A stretch of DNA of 64,000 bases from Octopus vulgaris (lineage: Eukaryota), in the NCBI GenBank assembly GCA_951406725.2, contig OX597824.1, forward strand, positions 54,746,001-54,810,000, given 5' to 3'. Each line of letters starts with the position of its first letter. Position 1 is the first letter of the stretch. Shown piece after piece: positions 1-12,679 of this stretch. Under the pieces are notes generated by a model, which was not told the DNA's origin, searched no databases, and saw nothing but the letters and a program-made list of their open reading frames with translations. The position numbers and the translations under genes were made by a program.

Positions 1-650
1 TTCCAGTGGTGTTCTCTGTCTATTATTTTAACTTCATCCCATAGGGGGAGGTGGTCTCCATTTTTCCATGCATAATCAGCTATACTTGATTTATCAATAT
101 CCCCTCGTGTCACAGCTTTGCAATGTTCCTCTGCCCTTATTTTGAGGGGGCAGCATGTTTTGCCTTTGTATGACCTACCACAGCTGCATAGGATGGAGTA
201 CACGCAGTTTTTGGTCATATTCTCTTCCATTGGTAGGTTTACTCAAAGGAGATATTTGCAAAGTGTTGTATTAATCTTGAATACTGTCCTGATTATCATA
301 TGGGCCACATATCTTTTGTATCTTTATGGAGAGGCCTTTCACATAGGGTAGACAGACTGTGGACAGTTAATTGATTTCATCCTCTCTTTTCTTCATAATT
401 GGAGTAGATAGTATGTTTTTGGGGTAGTTGTTGCTTAATAGATTGTTACTGAGCTTGAACATTTCTTCATGGTGGGTATCACAATTGCTACTTATATTCT
501 TTGCTTGATGTTTTAGGCACTGAGCAATCCCTCTCTTTACTCTGTATGGATGGTGGGAATTGAAGTTGAGGTATCATCCAGTGAAGGTCGGCTTGCAGTA
601 TACTGATGTCCGCACTTTGTGCATGTTATTAAAACATCCAGGCAGGATAG
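1..650 (-). mobile_element. Degenerate Penelope-like element fragment (RT thumb to GIY-YIG endonuclease)
   Basis: Manual minus-strand translation gives TSVYCKPTFTG*YLNFNSHHP, CLPYVKGLS, CVYSILCSCGRSYKG and WDEVKIIDREHHW, all typical PLE C-terminal motifs, with stops and frameshifts. Confidence 0.75.
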
Positions 651-698
651 GAGAATATTAGATTTATAAGCCCTAAAATTCACTCCATAATTGCCCAT

Positions 699-945
699 GG
701 GCATATGGCGTAGTGGTTAAGAGTGTGAGCTACTAACCCCAAGATTCTGAGTTTGATCCCAGGCAGTGACCTGACCAACAACAGCAACAACAACATTAAC
801 ATTGAAAAATACCATAGGAATGAGAACCCAGGTTCAAAATTTTCCCAAGACCAGCCGAAATGTTGTGTTAACAACAAACAAGATGAGGACAAATATCCGT
901 CAGATGTAAATAATGTACATAATTCCTTGTCTTAAATATAGAACT
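699..945 (+). mobile_element. tRNA-derived SINE
   Basis: A-box-like TGGCGTAGTGG and B-box-like GAGTTTGATCC in a tRNA-like head, followed by (CAA)n and a non-tRNA body. Confidence 0.6.
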
Positions 946-1137
946 ATAGTTCCTTCTTGATTAACTCAAAAGAAAATAATGCCTTGACAGATAAAGTGAT
1001 AGGAGAATTTTTTGTTTAATTTGCATTTGAGTCAAGGGAAGTAACTTGTCTTCACATTTAGGTATGAATCTCCTGTAGAAGTTGATGATTCCAAAGAAAT
1101 GATGGTGTTGGTGTAAAGAAGTGGGAGCAGAGATGCA

Positions 1138-3933
1138 TTAAATTGCATTAACTTTGGAGGAGAGAGGTCGGATACCATTAGAGTCGATATAATGACCTAG
1201 GAATTCCAGAGAGGTCTGTCCGAAAATATACTTATCAGGGTTGATTTGCACATTGTAGGTGCTAAGACGCTGAAAAAGTTGAGATAAGTGTTGGAAGTGA
1301 TTTTCATGTGTGTCACTAACTATGAACAAATGATCGACGTAAGTGAACACACAATCAAGTCCATGGACAACTTCGTCAATAGACCTCTGGAATGTACTTG
1401 TTGCATTCCACAAACCGAAGTTCATAAACAGGAGCTCGAAACTTCCAAAGGGGATGGTAATGGCAGTTTTTGGAATGTCGTCAGAGTTCATCAGAATTTG
1501 ATGATAAGCCTGGAGGAGGTCAACCTTGGAAAAAATAGTACAACCATGCAAGTTTGAAAAAAAATCCTGGAGATTCCTTATCAGGTAGTGATTGGGAACA
1601 GTGACCACATTTAAACATCTGTAATCCCGGATGAAAATTTGAATCCCCTTTCCATGCCAAATGAAGAGGAGATGCCCAAGGGCTGGTGGAGGGGCGAATA
1701 ATGCCGAGTTGAAGCATATGCTCAAACTCAGATTCAGCCGATCAGGGGCGAGTTGCCGTGGGTGCGAAAAAAACAGGAGGTCCAGAAGTAGTGATATAAT
1801 GTGAGTCGAGTTTGTGACTTAGACTGATTTGAAAGTCAGATCTACCAGCTCTGGGAGAGAAGCCAAAAAAGAGTGGAACTGATCTCCAGCAATGGCAACA
1901 AAAAATGATGGGCTAAAAATAGCATTAGTAGTAACCCGAGCTGGCGTAAACAAAGATGTAAAATCGTCTATGAGTCTCTGTCATCTGACATCTACTAATA
2001 AGTGAAAGTGGTTTAAGAAGTCTGCACCCAGAATGGTGTATGGTAAATCTGCTATAACAAGAACCCACCTAAAATCCCTTCACAGGTTGAGATCTAATTT
2101 TAATGAGACCTGACTGTAAGTTTTTATTGGAGATAGATTCACTGCATGTAAGTCAATGGCAGATTGCTTCAGCTTGTCTGAAGTAAGACACAAAGGCTAA
2201 ATAGAACAGCTGGATCCAGTGTCAACCATGAATGATTCACTAGACACATTATCCTTAACAAAAAAATGTGTGATAAGATGAAAAATTGTGGGAAGAAATT
2301 GATGTGCCCAAATCTTCCACAACTAGTTTCCCAACAACTTGAACGAACAGGGCTGGATACATCAATGGACTTTGTCCTTAAATCTGGCATGGTAACAGGA
2401 GAGATTGGAAATCGTTGGAGCAGAACTAGATGACCATGCCTTAGAATGGCTTCTGCTGTGAGGACAATGAGGGCTGGTGTGTCCATGCAACATGTTAATG
2501 CATCGACTCTCTCCAAAGTGTCATGTGACGAGGTAGGAGACTCTGTTGTAGTAGAGGAAGCTACTATGGGGTCCAAACAGGTATGGCGAGGTGTCCGTTA
2601 TGGTGGCTATCTGATCGAGCAAACTGGAGTCGACCATTATGGCCAGTATCAATTGGTCATTTGGCAGTAGACGAGAGAAAAACAATTTCCTTAGCAGAGG
2701 ATTGTCCTCAAGTGGAATGTCGCTGATTTCTTGCAATCGACAAAGAAACTCAGATGGTGTCCTATCTCCCAGGTGTTCATCCTGCATCAGTGTCCGGAAT
2801 TTACTCTCTGCGAATTTTGTGTTCCGACAGAGAACCTTGGATTTGATGGACATGTAAGCTGCATCCGGATGTGGGTCAGTAATGAGATCTTTCACTGAGC
2901 ATGCAAGAGGTGAAGGCATTTCACAGTACAAAAGGTTCAGTTGCAGTTGGTGAGGCACAGCATGGGCAGAAAAATATGCATCCAATTGAGCAAACCAAAG
3001 TGTGACATCACCAGAGTATGCGGGCAAGCTGGGAAGACTCATCTTTTACAGAGGAAAGAAAAGAAAAAGGAAAAAATATGGGAATGTACAAAACTCTCAC
3101 AGAGAAAAGGACCAAAAAACTGACAAAAGTGTTGTTGGAATATTAAACATGTGTGCAGAACAAAATTTTCTTAGCAAAAGTTTTAATTTTTTTTGTACTG
3201 TGTACAGAAACGAAAAAAAAAATTTTCATTTTCATTTTTTTTTTCGTTAGTTACCAAAGCTGTGTTACAATCTGCTGAAAAAAAATATTTGTTCCGTTTT
3301 TTTTTTTTCAAGATGGTGTCAGGAATTGGCGGGCGAATTGGTGGTTTTCTGTTTCTGATAACATGTGAGGTGTTGGAACATGGCAGTAAATGGGAATGAT
3401 GGCTGTAGGCTTCAACCGGAAAAATTGTGGAAATGAAATGGCGAGAAACAATATAGTCATTACAAGTTTACCAGCTGATTCCTAGCAATTTTCGTCATTT
3501 CTCAAAATAGTGTCGTTTGTTTACTTCGTCTATGGAACGTGGTACCTCAGGAGAAAACGAGCAGGAGGCGAATTTGCAGTTCTTCTCTTCTGTTCATTTG
3601 TGTGTATAAGCTTGTACCACTTTTCTGTTTTGAGGTAGAGCGAACACATGAACATAGAAAGACACAGGGTACAGCACAGAGAAGTGACTGTCTAGTGAAA
3701 ATATCTACAACATTCAACAACTGGAAGATAAGGTGTGAAGTCATCCACATGTGAAATTGTAACGATGGCGAAACTTTCATATTCAAAATCAGGCTGTGAA
3801 GTTGATGGCCAGCTTGCTTGAAATTTGTCCTCTCGTTGCTGCATTCAGAAACTAAGTTCTTTGTTTGGGTGAGCCATTTTAACAAGGATAGAAGCTTTCA
3901 GCTGCTGAAAATCCTTTTAGACTGGGGTCACCA
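1138..3933 (-). mobile_element. Decayed Ty3/gypsy LTR retrotransposon (gag-protease-RT; 3' truncated, no RNase H or integrase seen)
   Basis: Gag-like LPAYSGDVTLWFAQLDAYF (2521-3042); protease FMVDTGSSCS near 2200-2240; RT FSKVDLLQAYHQI, KTAITIPFG, FGLWNATSTFQR, YVDH (1138-1725); frameshifts. Confidence 0.9.
3921..3933 (-). promoter_or_regulatory. Primer binding site of the gypsy element (tRNA-Trp-like)
   Basis: Minus strand TGGTGACCCCAGT upstream of gag; TGGTGACCCC is complementary to the GGGGTCA-CCA 3' end of eukaryotic tRNA-Trp. Confidence 0.6.
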
Positions 3934-4560
3934 TTTTATAATGGAAGGAAGGTTTTTATGATACTTTTGGGGTTCTGTTGATTCAAGGCTGGAAATATGA
4001 AGAATGAAGTTCTCAGGCAGAGTAAATTCAATAACCGCTTATTTACAGGTGCTTCATACAAGGGGTTTGCTTTCAGTAAACATCTTCACAGCAGTGCGTA
4101 GTTAGTCTTCTCACCCATACACATGAGGTTCAATAACCTCTGGAGACAATGCATATGGTATCACAGCAGGACAAATGTCCGCCGTGAGCTCCCGGCCTCG
4201 GAATTTTGCTCGCATCAGCATGAGAAGAATGTGAGGGAAAATGTTGTTGTCTTTTCCTTAAATAATGGTTGCAGGTGAGATCTCATTTTTGTCTTGCGTA
4301 TGGCAATGGTTGTAGGCAAGATCCCGCTGATTCAAAATGGTGCTGGCTTCTTTGTACCTCACTACACACTCTTCACCTGGGAAAGACTTTGTATTTGCAA
4401 GCATCTGTCTATCTTGTTGCCTGGTGAGGAGGTAATCAATCTGGTAATGTTATTATCAGTCCGAATATGCTTGAGGTACGTTCAAACTGGTGGACAAGCT
4501 ACTCATAGTATTTTGTCACAGAAAATATATCCCGTTTGATGGTGTGTATACACCTATATC

Positions 4561-4851
4561 AGCTACAACAGAGTTCTCAATGATCTTCCGAAAACCAACA
4601 ACTCTCTAGAAGGGTGGCACCATACCTTCAGTAGAAGAGTTAATGTCCATCACCATAACTTATCCAAATTAATTGAGAAGCTTAGGGTAGCACAATCACA
4701 CACCAAAATGGTAATAGAACAAACCACATCAGGGGTTGAAGTGGCAAGGAGAAGCAAAAAGTACATTCGCCTTACGGAAATACTTAAAACCATTATTCTT
4801 AATTACGATGGGCTGGAATTTTTAAGAGCATGTGCCCATAATTGTATGTGA
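4561..4851 (+). pseudogene. MULE/Mutator-like transposase C-terminal remnant
   Basis: Open frame not in the ORF track: SYNRVLNDLPKTNNSLEGWHHTF...RRSKKYIRL...LEFLRACAHN*; TNNxxEGWH is a MULE transposase motif. Confidence 0.75.
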
Positions 4852-5289
4852 TACCTTTGTTTCTGTTTGTAAGACTTAAATGACGATGATGATGATGATG
4901 ATTCTAACTTTAAAAATTAATAGGACTGTCTATGTACTATGTGGAGAAAGTTTCCCTACATATTTCTGCACACAAATTTAGCTAGTATCACATTATTTTC
5001 TTTCTTTATCCTTAATGAAGCTCTTATAATGTATATTGATCTCATTAGGCATTTACTTTGGCTTACATTATGAATAGGGTTTTCAGAAACATTTGCCCCT
5101 ATCCAGTTGGTGAAATCTAGTTTATGCTCCAATCTGGCCTGCAAAGACAACAGTAGATACATATATTGGTATTTTTCTACATAATAAGTTAATCTGCCAA
5201 CTTTTTATTCCAGATTGAAGGTAACAGGTGGAACAGACTGTCAACACACCCTACTAAACACTGCCTGTCACAGCTGACTAGTTTGCAAA

Positions 5290-6110
5290 ATGCAGTTGGG
5301 ACGTGAAGACAATTTGGAAGCTTGCTATGCAATAAGCTTTTGAGTTAACTGGACAAAAAATGCTACAGAAACTTATGAAATGCTCCAGACTGCTAATGGA
5401 TTAACTTGTATGAGCCAAGCATCTGTTTTCCACTATGCTAGGACAAGAGGTTCATGGAAAGTAGAGAGGAGGTATGAGACAATGAAAGTTTTGGGAGAAA
5501 ATTGGCAATTTTCTGCATGAAGACTGTCATGTGTCTATAAAGACAATAAGCATAGAGTTTGAAGGTGGTGTGGTAACTGTACATAGAATTATTCATGAAG
5601 ACCTGAACAGGCACAAAATTTGTGCAAACCCAAGGTATTCAGTGACAAACACAAAAGACACATTGGTAACAGCAGTGAGACGGTTGAGCCTTCAATCCAA
5701 GAGTACTTGAGTCTCTTGTGACCTTTGACAAAAGCTAGACCTACTGTTATGATCAAGGACACCAAGAAACAGAGTGCCAAATGTAAGTATCCTAGCTCTT
5801 CCAAACACAAGAAGGCCAGGTAAAGCAAGTCCACGATGATTCCCTTTTACTGGATGCCTTCAGTCCAGATGGTCAACAAACAGTACTTTGTGGAAGTTTT
5901 GAGGGAGTTCAAGAAGCGATTTTATCACAAAAGGCCAGAGCTCTTTAACTCAGGTCAGGAAAATGCAACAGTCCTCAATTCCATCCTGATACTTGACAGA
6001 GATGAGCATCAAAACTGTCCCTCACTCTATGGTCCAGAACTTGCTCCCTGTGACTTTTTATTGCTCCCTAAGGTGAAGAGGAAGGAGGCTGTGGCAATGA
6101 TCCTGGGTAT
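5290..6110 (+). pseudogene. Degenerate mariner-family transposase
   Basis: N-terminal HTH-like KNATETYEMLQTA and C-terminal YGPELAPCDFLLLPKVK (YSPDLAPxD motif); many stops. Confidence 0.8.
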
Positions 6111-6139
6111 GTGTACAGTATTGTGTGTTTATATGTATA

Positions 6140-6776
6140 CTAGCAGTATCGCCCGGCGTTGCTCGGGTTTGTAAGGGAAATAACTATATAAGCATTTTTA
6201 GAGAGTTATAGCCAAAAAATAGCAAAAAATGCATTAAAAATGGAAAAAATATGATGGTAATTTTTTTTTTAAATCGTTGACTCATCGTAGACATTTTTAG
6301 AGAGTTACTTCCCTTATATAATAGCGAAAAAATGCATTAAAATGGAAAAAAAACGATGGTAAATTTTTTTTTAAATCGTAGACTCATGTAGACGCTTTCT
6401 TAGCCATTTCTGTTTTGGTGTCTTCAAGCCATGAAGTCGTTGTTCTAAAAGAACACTGGTCTCCTTGACAACGCATTACGACGTTGATTTCCTTACACTC
6501 CCTTCCCCACAGGTGCAGGTGTGAGCGTGGACGCCAACTCCGCCGCCATCGACACACGAAAAATTATGCATTAAAATGGAATAAAAAATGATGTTAAATT
6601 ATTTTTAAAATCGTAGACTCATCGTAGACGCGCGCTAATACTCAGACGGGCTCGATATGAATCACGACTATAAGCTACCCGAATTTGGTTAAACTGTACC
6701 GCAAAATGTGGGAGTAGTTAGGAATCTAAATCGAAGGGGACAGACACTCACACAACTACAGTTTTATATATATAGA
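6140..6776 (-). mobile_element. Non-autonomous Helitron (H1, copy 1)
   Basis: Minus-strand 5' TCTATATATATAAAA; 3' hairpin CCCGAGC-AAC-GCCGGG then CTAG; sits between A and T with no TSD. Confidence 0.8.
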
Positions 6777-6777
6777 T

Positions 6778-7190
6778 ATACATAGCGCAGTAGTGGTGAG
6801 ATGTGACAGCAAAGAAAAGCATACATTCACTCTCTGCATGCAATTAGACTCGGAAAGTTCGTGAGGAACCCATTGACCCAATTTGCTGACTTTTCCGATA
6901 GCACACAGGTGTCAATGAATGGTTGAATGACCAAATCCAAGCTTCTCTGCTAGTTCCTCAACAGTTACGATGATATTTTGTTCCACCAGGGTTTTCAGGA
7001 TGTCCTTGTCGAGTTCTACAGATCTTTCAGGATGAGGCTCGTCTTCTAGGCTGTAGTTTATGGCTTGGGATTTCTGGAACCACCATTGACACTGCCTTAC
7101 GCTTATTGTCCAATCCCCATATACTGCATTAATATTTCTTGTACTTTGCACACATTTATATTCTGTTATTCTTTTATATGTTTCAGCCTT
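6778..7190 (-). pseudogene. Mariner transposase N-terminal fragment (copy 1)
   Basis: STRNINAVYG...VRQCQWWFQK...LEDEPH...LAEKLG, continuing after a frameshift to WVPHEL. Confidence 0.8.
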
Positions 7191-7339
7191 GAGGTTGTGG
7201 CCATGCTGGATCATGTGTGTGTGTGTGTGTCTATCTGTCTGTCTGTATGTATGTATATATGTATATGTATGTGTGTGAACAATAATATCTTCAACAGATG
7301 TGTTGCAAATGTATCTGATTGTTCTCAAGCTTCAATACT

Positions 7340-7505
7340 GTGTATGTGTGTGTGTGTATGTATGTATGTATATGTATGTATGTATGTATGTATATGTATG
7401 TATGTATGTGTGTATGTATGTATGTGTGTGTATGTATGTGTGTGTGTGTGTATGTGTGTGTGTGTATGTATGTATGTATGTATGTATGTATGTATGTATG
7501 TATGA
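7340..7505. repeat. (TATG)n/(TG)n microsatellite
   Basis: Direct reading. Confidence 0.95.
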
Positions 7506-7528
7506 GTGTATGTTTACTTTATTACTAA

Positions 7529-9298
7529 CTAGCAGTATCGCCCGGCGTTGCTCGGGTTTGTAAGGGAAATAACTATATAAGCATTTTTAGAGAGTTATAG
7601 CCAAAAAATAGCAAAAAATGCATTAAAAATGGAAAAAATATGATGGTAAATTTTTTTTTAAATCGTTGACTCATCGTAGACATTTTTAGAGAGTTACTTC
7701 CCTTATATAATAGCGAAAAAATGCATTAAAATGGAAAAAAAAACGATGGTAAATTTTTTTTTAAATCGTAGACTCATGTAGACGCTTTCTTAGCCATTTC
7801 TGTTTTGGTGTCTTCAAGCCATGAAGTCGTTGTTCTAAAAGAACACTGGTCTCCTTGACAACGCATTACGACGTTGATTTCCTTACACTCCCTTCCCCAC
7901 AGGTGCAGGTGTGAGCGTGGACGCCAACTCCGCCGCCATCGACACACGAAAAATTATGCATTAAAATGGAATAAAAAATGATGTTAAATTATTTTTAAAA
8001 TTGTAGACTCATCGTAGACGCGCGCTAATATTCAGACGGGCTCGATATGAATCACGACTTTAAGCTACCCGAATTTGGTTAAACTGTACCGCAAAATGTG
8101 GGAGTAGTTAGGAATCTAAATCGAAGGGGACAGACACTCACACAACTACAGTTTTATATATATAGATATACATAGCGCAGTAGTGGTGAGATATGACAGC
8201 AAAGAAAAGCATACATTCACTCTCTGCATGCAATTAGACTCGGAAAGTTCGTGAGGAACCCATTGACCCAATTTGCTGACTTTTCCGATAGCACACAGGT
8301 GTCAATGAATGGTTGAATGACCAAATCCAAGCTTCTCTGCTAGTTCCTCAACAGTTACGATGATATTTTGTTCCACCAGGGTTTTCAGGATGTCCTTGTC
8401 GAGTTCTACAGATCTTTCAGGATGAGGCTCGTCTTCTAGGCTGTAGTTTATGGCTCGGGATTTCTGGAACCACCATTGACACTGCCTTACGCTTATTGTC
8501 CAATCCCCATATACTGCATTAATATTTCTTGTACTTTGCACACATTTATATTCTGTTATTCTTTTATATGTTTCAGCCTTGAGGTTGTGGCCATGCTGGA
8601 TCATGTGTGTGTGTGTGTGTGTCTATCTGTCTGTCTGTCTGTATGTATATATGTATATGTATGTGTGTGAACAATAATATTTTCAACAGATGTGTTGCAA
8701 ATGTATCTGATTGTTCTCAAGCTTCAATACTGTGTGTGTGTGTATGTGTGTGTGTGTATGTATGTATATGTATGTATGTATGTATATGTATGTATGTATG
8801 TATGTATGTGTGTATGTATGTATGTATGTATGTATGTATGTATGTATGTATGTATGTATGTATGTATGTATGTATGAGTGTATGTTTACTTTATTACTAA
8901 TTACTCTCTTCCAAGAACATTCACTCACTCTTAGCTCTTAGCTTCCCATACATTTTACTCATGTATCTATCAGCGTCATGGACAGAATACTTTCACTTTA
9001 GTCTTCCTCAAATCTCTCTGTCGCTATTTACTTTCATTTTATTCGTTGCCCACTGTGTGTGTGCGTTTGCGTGTGGTGTAAACCAGACTAAGAAAAGCAT
9101 TTGACACACACACCAGAATGTGAGTTTTCTGTAAATTTTGCTTAATTGGAGTTTAAATTTTAAAAACTGGACCTGGCATGACGCGATGCATTGTACTCTC
9201 AAAACTGCTAGGTAAATTGTAATTGAAGAAATCCTATATTGTAGATTTGTATAACTCCCAAAGGGAGGCAGATAAAATCTGCCTTTTATAATAAGAGA
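7529..9298 (-). mobile_element. Composite Helitron: H1 copy 2 (7529-8166), mariner fragment, microsatellite and the 5' end of a second Helitron-like element
   Basis: Begins CTAG and ends ...ATAAGAGA (minus-strand 5' TCTCTTATTATAAAA); flanked by A7528 and T9299; near-identical to 6140-7528 joined to 9299-9698. Confidence 0.7.
8168..8580 (-). pseudogene. Mariner transposase N-terminal fragment (copy 2)
   Basis: Near-identical to 6778-7190 (ORF 8302-8604). Confidence 0.8.
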
Positions 9299-9698
9299 TT
9301 ACTCTCTTCCAAGAACATTTTCACTCACTCTTAGCTCTTAGCTTCCCATACATTTTACTCATATATCTATCAGCGTCATAGACAAAATACTTTCACTTTA
9401 GTCTTCCTCAAATCACTCTGTCGCTATTTACTTTCATTTTATTCGTTGCCCACTGTGTGTGTGCGTTTGCGTGTGGTGTAAACCAGACTAAGAAAAGCAT
9501 TTGACACACACACCAGAATGTGAGTTTTCTGTAAATTTTGCTTAATTGGAGTTTAAATTTTAAAAACTGGACCTGGCATGACGCGATGCATTGTACTCTC
9601 AAAAATGCCAGGTAAATTGTAATTGAAGAAATCCTATATTGTAGATTTCTATAACTCCCAAAGGGAGGCAGATAAAATCTGCCTTTTATAATAAGAGA
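8901..9698. repeat. ~400 bp tandem duplication (8901-9298 / 9299-9698) ending in a Helitron-like 5' terminus
   Basis: Two near-identical units; hairpin AGGCAGATAAAATCTGCCT near the right end; duplicated 64-aa ORFs. Confidence 0.9.
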
Positions 9699-9699
9699 T

Positions 9700-10062
9700 A
9701 TTCTTTTATTCTTTTACTTGTTTCAGTCATTTGATTGCAGCCATGCTGGAGAATCGCCTTTAGTTGAACAAATAAGCCTAGTACTTATTGTATCAGTCTC
9801 TTTTGCTGAACCCCTAAGTTACAGGGACATAAACGCACCAGCATCGGCTGTCAAGCGATGGTGGAGAACAAACATAGACACACAAATATACATATATATG
9901 ATGGGCTTCTTTCAGTTTCCATCTACCAAATCCACTCACAAGGATTTGGTCAGCCCGAGGTTATAGTAGAAGACACTTGCCCAAGGTGCCATGCAGTGGG
10001 ACTGAACCCAGAACCATGTGGTTGGGAAGCAAGGTTCTTACCACACAGCCAGTCCTGTACCT
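9700..10062 (-). mobile_element. tRNA-derived CORE-like SINE with LINE-like 3' tail
   Basis: Minus strand: tRNA-like head TGGCTGTGTGGTAAG...GGTTCAGTCCC, core-like ACCTTGGGCAAGT, tail CCAGCATGGCTGCAATCAAATGACTGAAACAAGTAAAAG. Confidence 0.8.
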
Positions 10063-10063
10063 A

Positions 10064-10099
<36 letters not shown>

Positions 10100-10100
<1 letters not shown>

Positions 10101-10400
10101 CGGATAGAAAAACTGGGCATAAGACGCATCATATGTGGTGTGCAAGAGAAACGAATACACAGGTATGGTCATGTGATACATATGGATGATGACAACTGTG
10201 TAAAGAAGAGCTGATCTCTAACTGTGGAGGGAACCTGTGGAAAAAGTAGATTCAGGAAGACATGGGATGAGGTGATGAAGCATGATCTTCGAATGTTGGG
10301 CCTCATGGAGGTAGTGACAAGTAACCAAGACCTTTGGCGATATGCTGTGCTTGAGAAAACTCATTAAGCCATGTGAAATCATAGTTGTCGCTGACTGACT
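10100..10400 (+). mobile_element. Old RTE LINE C-terminal fragment
   Basis: Diverged similarity to the RTE C-terminus at 20800-21060 (WYGHV...VEGTCG...KTWDEV...KHDL). Confidence 0.6.
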
Positions 10401-11439
10401 CCATCTTTTTCTAATGAGCTCCATATCAACTGATTTTTGTTTATTTTATGTAGGATACCAAATTTTGAAGCAGAGTTCAAATTACAATTTTCAACAAATG
10501 TAGTTGTTTTTACTAATATATGTGTATGTGTACTTATACATATATACACATGTGTATACAAACACATATATATAAGCATATATAACAAGTTCACTTAGCA
10601 ATTGCAAATGTCCACCACTGCATGGCATCTTAATTAAATGTCACTTTCTATAGCCTTGGGGTTGACCCATACATTGTAAGTAAAATTGGGTTGCCAGTAA
10701 CTCTATAGAGGCCTGTTGAGTAGGTTGCACCAGTTATCGAAAATGAACAGCCTTGTCACACTGACTCCATCTGAAAATAATATTAAGAGTGGATGATTCA
10801 GTTAATCAAATAGCTGAAACCTCATTTCCAAGAAACAGAAATCCACCATATGTCATCATCATCATGTTGTCTGCTTTCTATGCTGTTGTATGGTTCAAGC
10901 TGATCTTATGGTCAGAAAAAAACACATTCCAATATCTCCATTTTTCGCATGATCTCTATGGCTGGATAACATTCCAAACATCAACCATTGTACAGAATGT
11001 ACAGTAGGGTGCTGCAAAAAAGGTACCTAGTTTACCATTCAATCTGTGAAAGAAATATTTTATTACCAAGAGAAGTAATAGCTGCCTGAACTTTCTCCTG
11101 TTCTTATTCTGGTTACTATACTTTCTGAATATCTGCCTCCACTACTAATTCAGTCATCTAAGCTGTCAACTACTTCTATGAATCCTTCCAAACATTTGAG
11201 AGAATCTATTTCTTGTGTACTCTTAGTATTTATTGCTCCTGTACATCAGCCACATAGCCTATCTGATTTTTTTTAGCTAAAATGTCTATGATTCCACTGC
11301 ACTACTTGTGTGTCCAGAGTTTTCACTCAATACACTATATGGAATTCCTACTTCTTACCTACATACCGAACAAGGCCATTTGCTTGATAGAAGCAGACTC
11401 CTTATTTTTCCAACCCATTGACACTTTTAGCCTTAGCTA

Positions 11440-11960
11440 AATAAATTTGAGGTATTTTCATTCCGTTCTTGCTTATATACCTGAAATTTTTTCTCTAATT
11501 GTACTACAATATTCAGTTGTAAGAACATGGACATCAGCAAATAGGAATTACCACAGACAACCAGTCATGAACTCATCTGTTAAGACCTGGAGGGCTATGA
11601 TAAATAAAAGGGGACTGTTGGACCCTTACATGCTCACTAAATTTGTCATTGTACCCATTGCTGGCTCTAACAAGCCATTTGTCAATCCCTCCTTGCTCAA
11701 CAATCATCAGATCACAGAGTGAGGTATCCTGTTGAAGGCTTTCTCGAACTTGATGAGTGTTAGATATACATGCTTACTCTTAGGTAACCTAGGTAAGCAC
11801 TTTTCACCAGGACTTTAGCCGTAGTACTTCTTGGCACGAAACCAAACTGCATCTCAACTTGGCTAACTCTCTTCCTAATCAACAGAACTATAATTTTCCA
11901 TATCTTTCATGACCTAGTTCAGCAATTTATTATCTCTACAGTTACCTTTCTCTAAGGTGG
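11440..11960 (-). mobile_element. Old RTE LINE RT fragment
   Basis: GAGATGCAGTTTGGTTTCGTGCC (EMQFGFVP) and further similarity to 21780-22250. Confidence 0.65.
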
Positions 11961-12267
11961 TGGTGATAATGATGATGATGAAACATGTTGATCAATTGAG
12001 ATTCTCCAACCTATGTCACCAACCTCCTCATATACGGTCGTATTCCTACAGGAGAAATTGTATTCACCTCAATAGATGTCATTGATTGGTTGAAATTGCC
12101 GAAATGCAAGAAATTAAACAACAAATAGATTACAAACTACAGAATTTTCTCAAGAAAAAGATGTTTTATGTAACACATTCTACCAGTATACGAAGTTTAA
12201 ATGTGTTTAGTTACAAAGAAATTATTTTAAAAATCTGCCAGTCAAAGCGAAAAGATCCATACATTCA

Positions 12268-12679
12268 TATTAAAGCAGTTAAGTTAAAGTCTGGTTATAA
12301 ACTGATTAATGGTTTCGCATCCACGAAGCCGTAACATTGTGGACAGTTGATCAGATTAATCTAACTCATCTCTCGGAACGTTGTTACCGTCAATTAGTCA
12401 AAAAGTCATCAGAGGATAAAAGTTCCGGCGTTGGTAAGCACAGGTTATCTCCCCTAGACGAGCCAATTTGAGGAATAGGGATCAATCTCTTGGCTTGCTA
12501 ACAGATCGTACGAATTCTGATGAGCTTAATTCTCTGATGACCTTTCGGCCAACTGACCGTAACAACTTCCCATCTCCGAGCGATGAAGAGTTAAATTTGA
12601 ATTTGTATAGAGTCTGATGAGTCAAAGTTGCGGCTTTCATGGATGCGAAACTCTATGACCAGACTTTAATGCTTTAATA
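12268..12679. mobile_element. Palindromic MITE-like element
   Basis: TATTAAAGCA...AAAGTCTGGTTATA...GTTTCGCATCCACGAAGCCGTAAC mirrored by GTTGCGGCTTTCATGGATGCGAAAC...TATGACCAGACTTT...TGCTTTAATA. Confidence 0.65.

Noticed and set aside
699-770. Functional tRNA gene
   Set aside because: Degenerate B box and a SINE body follows; the same applies to the heads near 10000 and 17260
3934-4300. 5' LTR of the gypsy element
   Set aside because: Position next to the PBS fits, but there is no second LTR or clear TG...CA ends to define it
12605-12660. CTGATGA...GAAAC hammerhead
   Set aside because: No stem I and no convincing stem II; explained as part of the MITE arm
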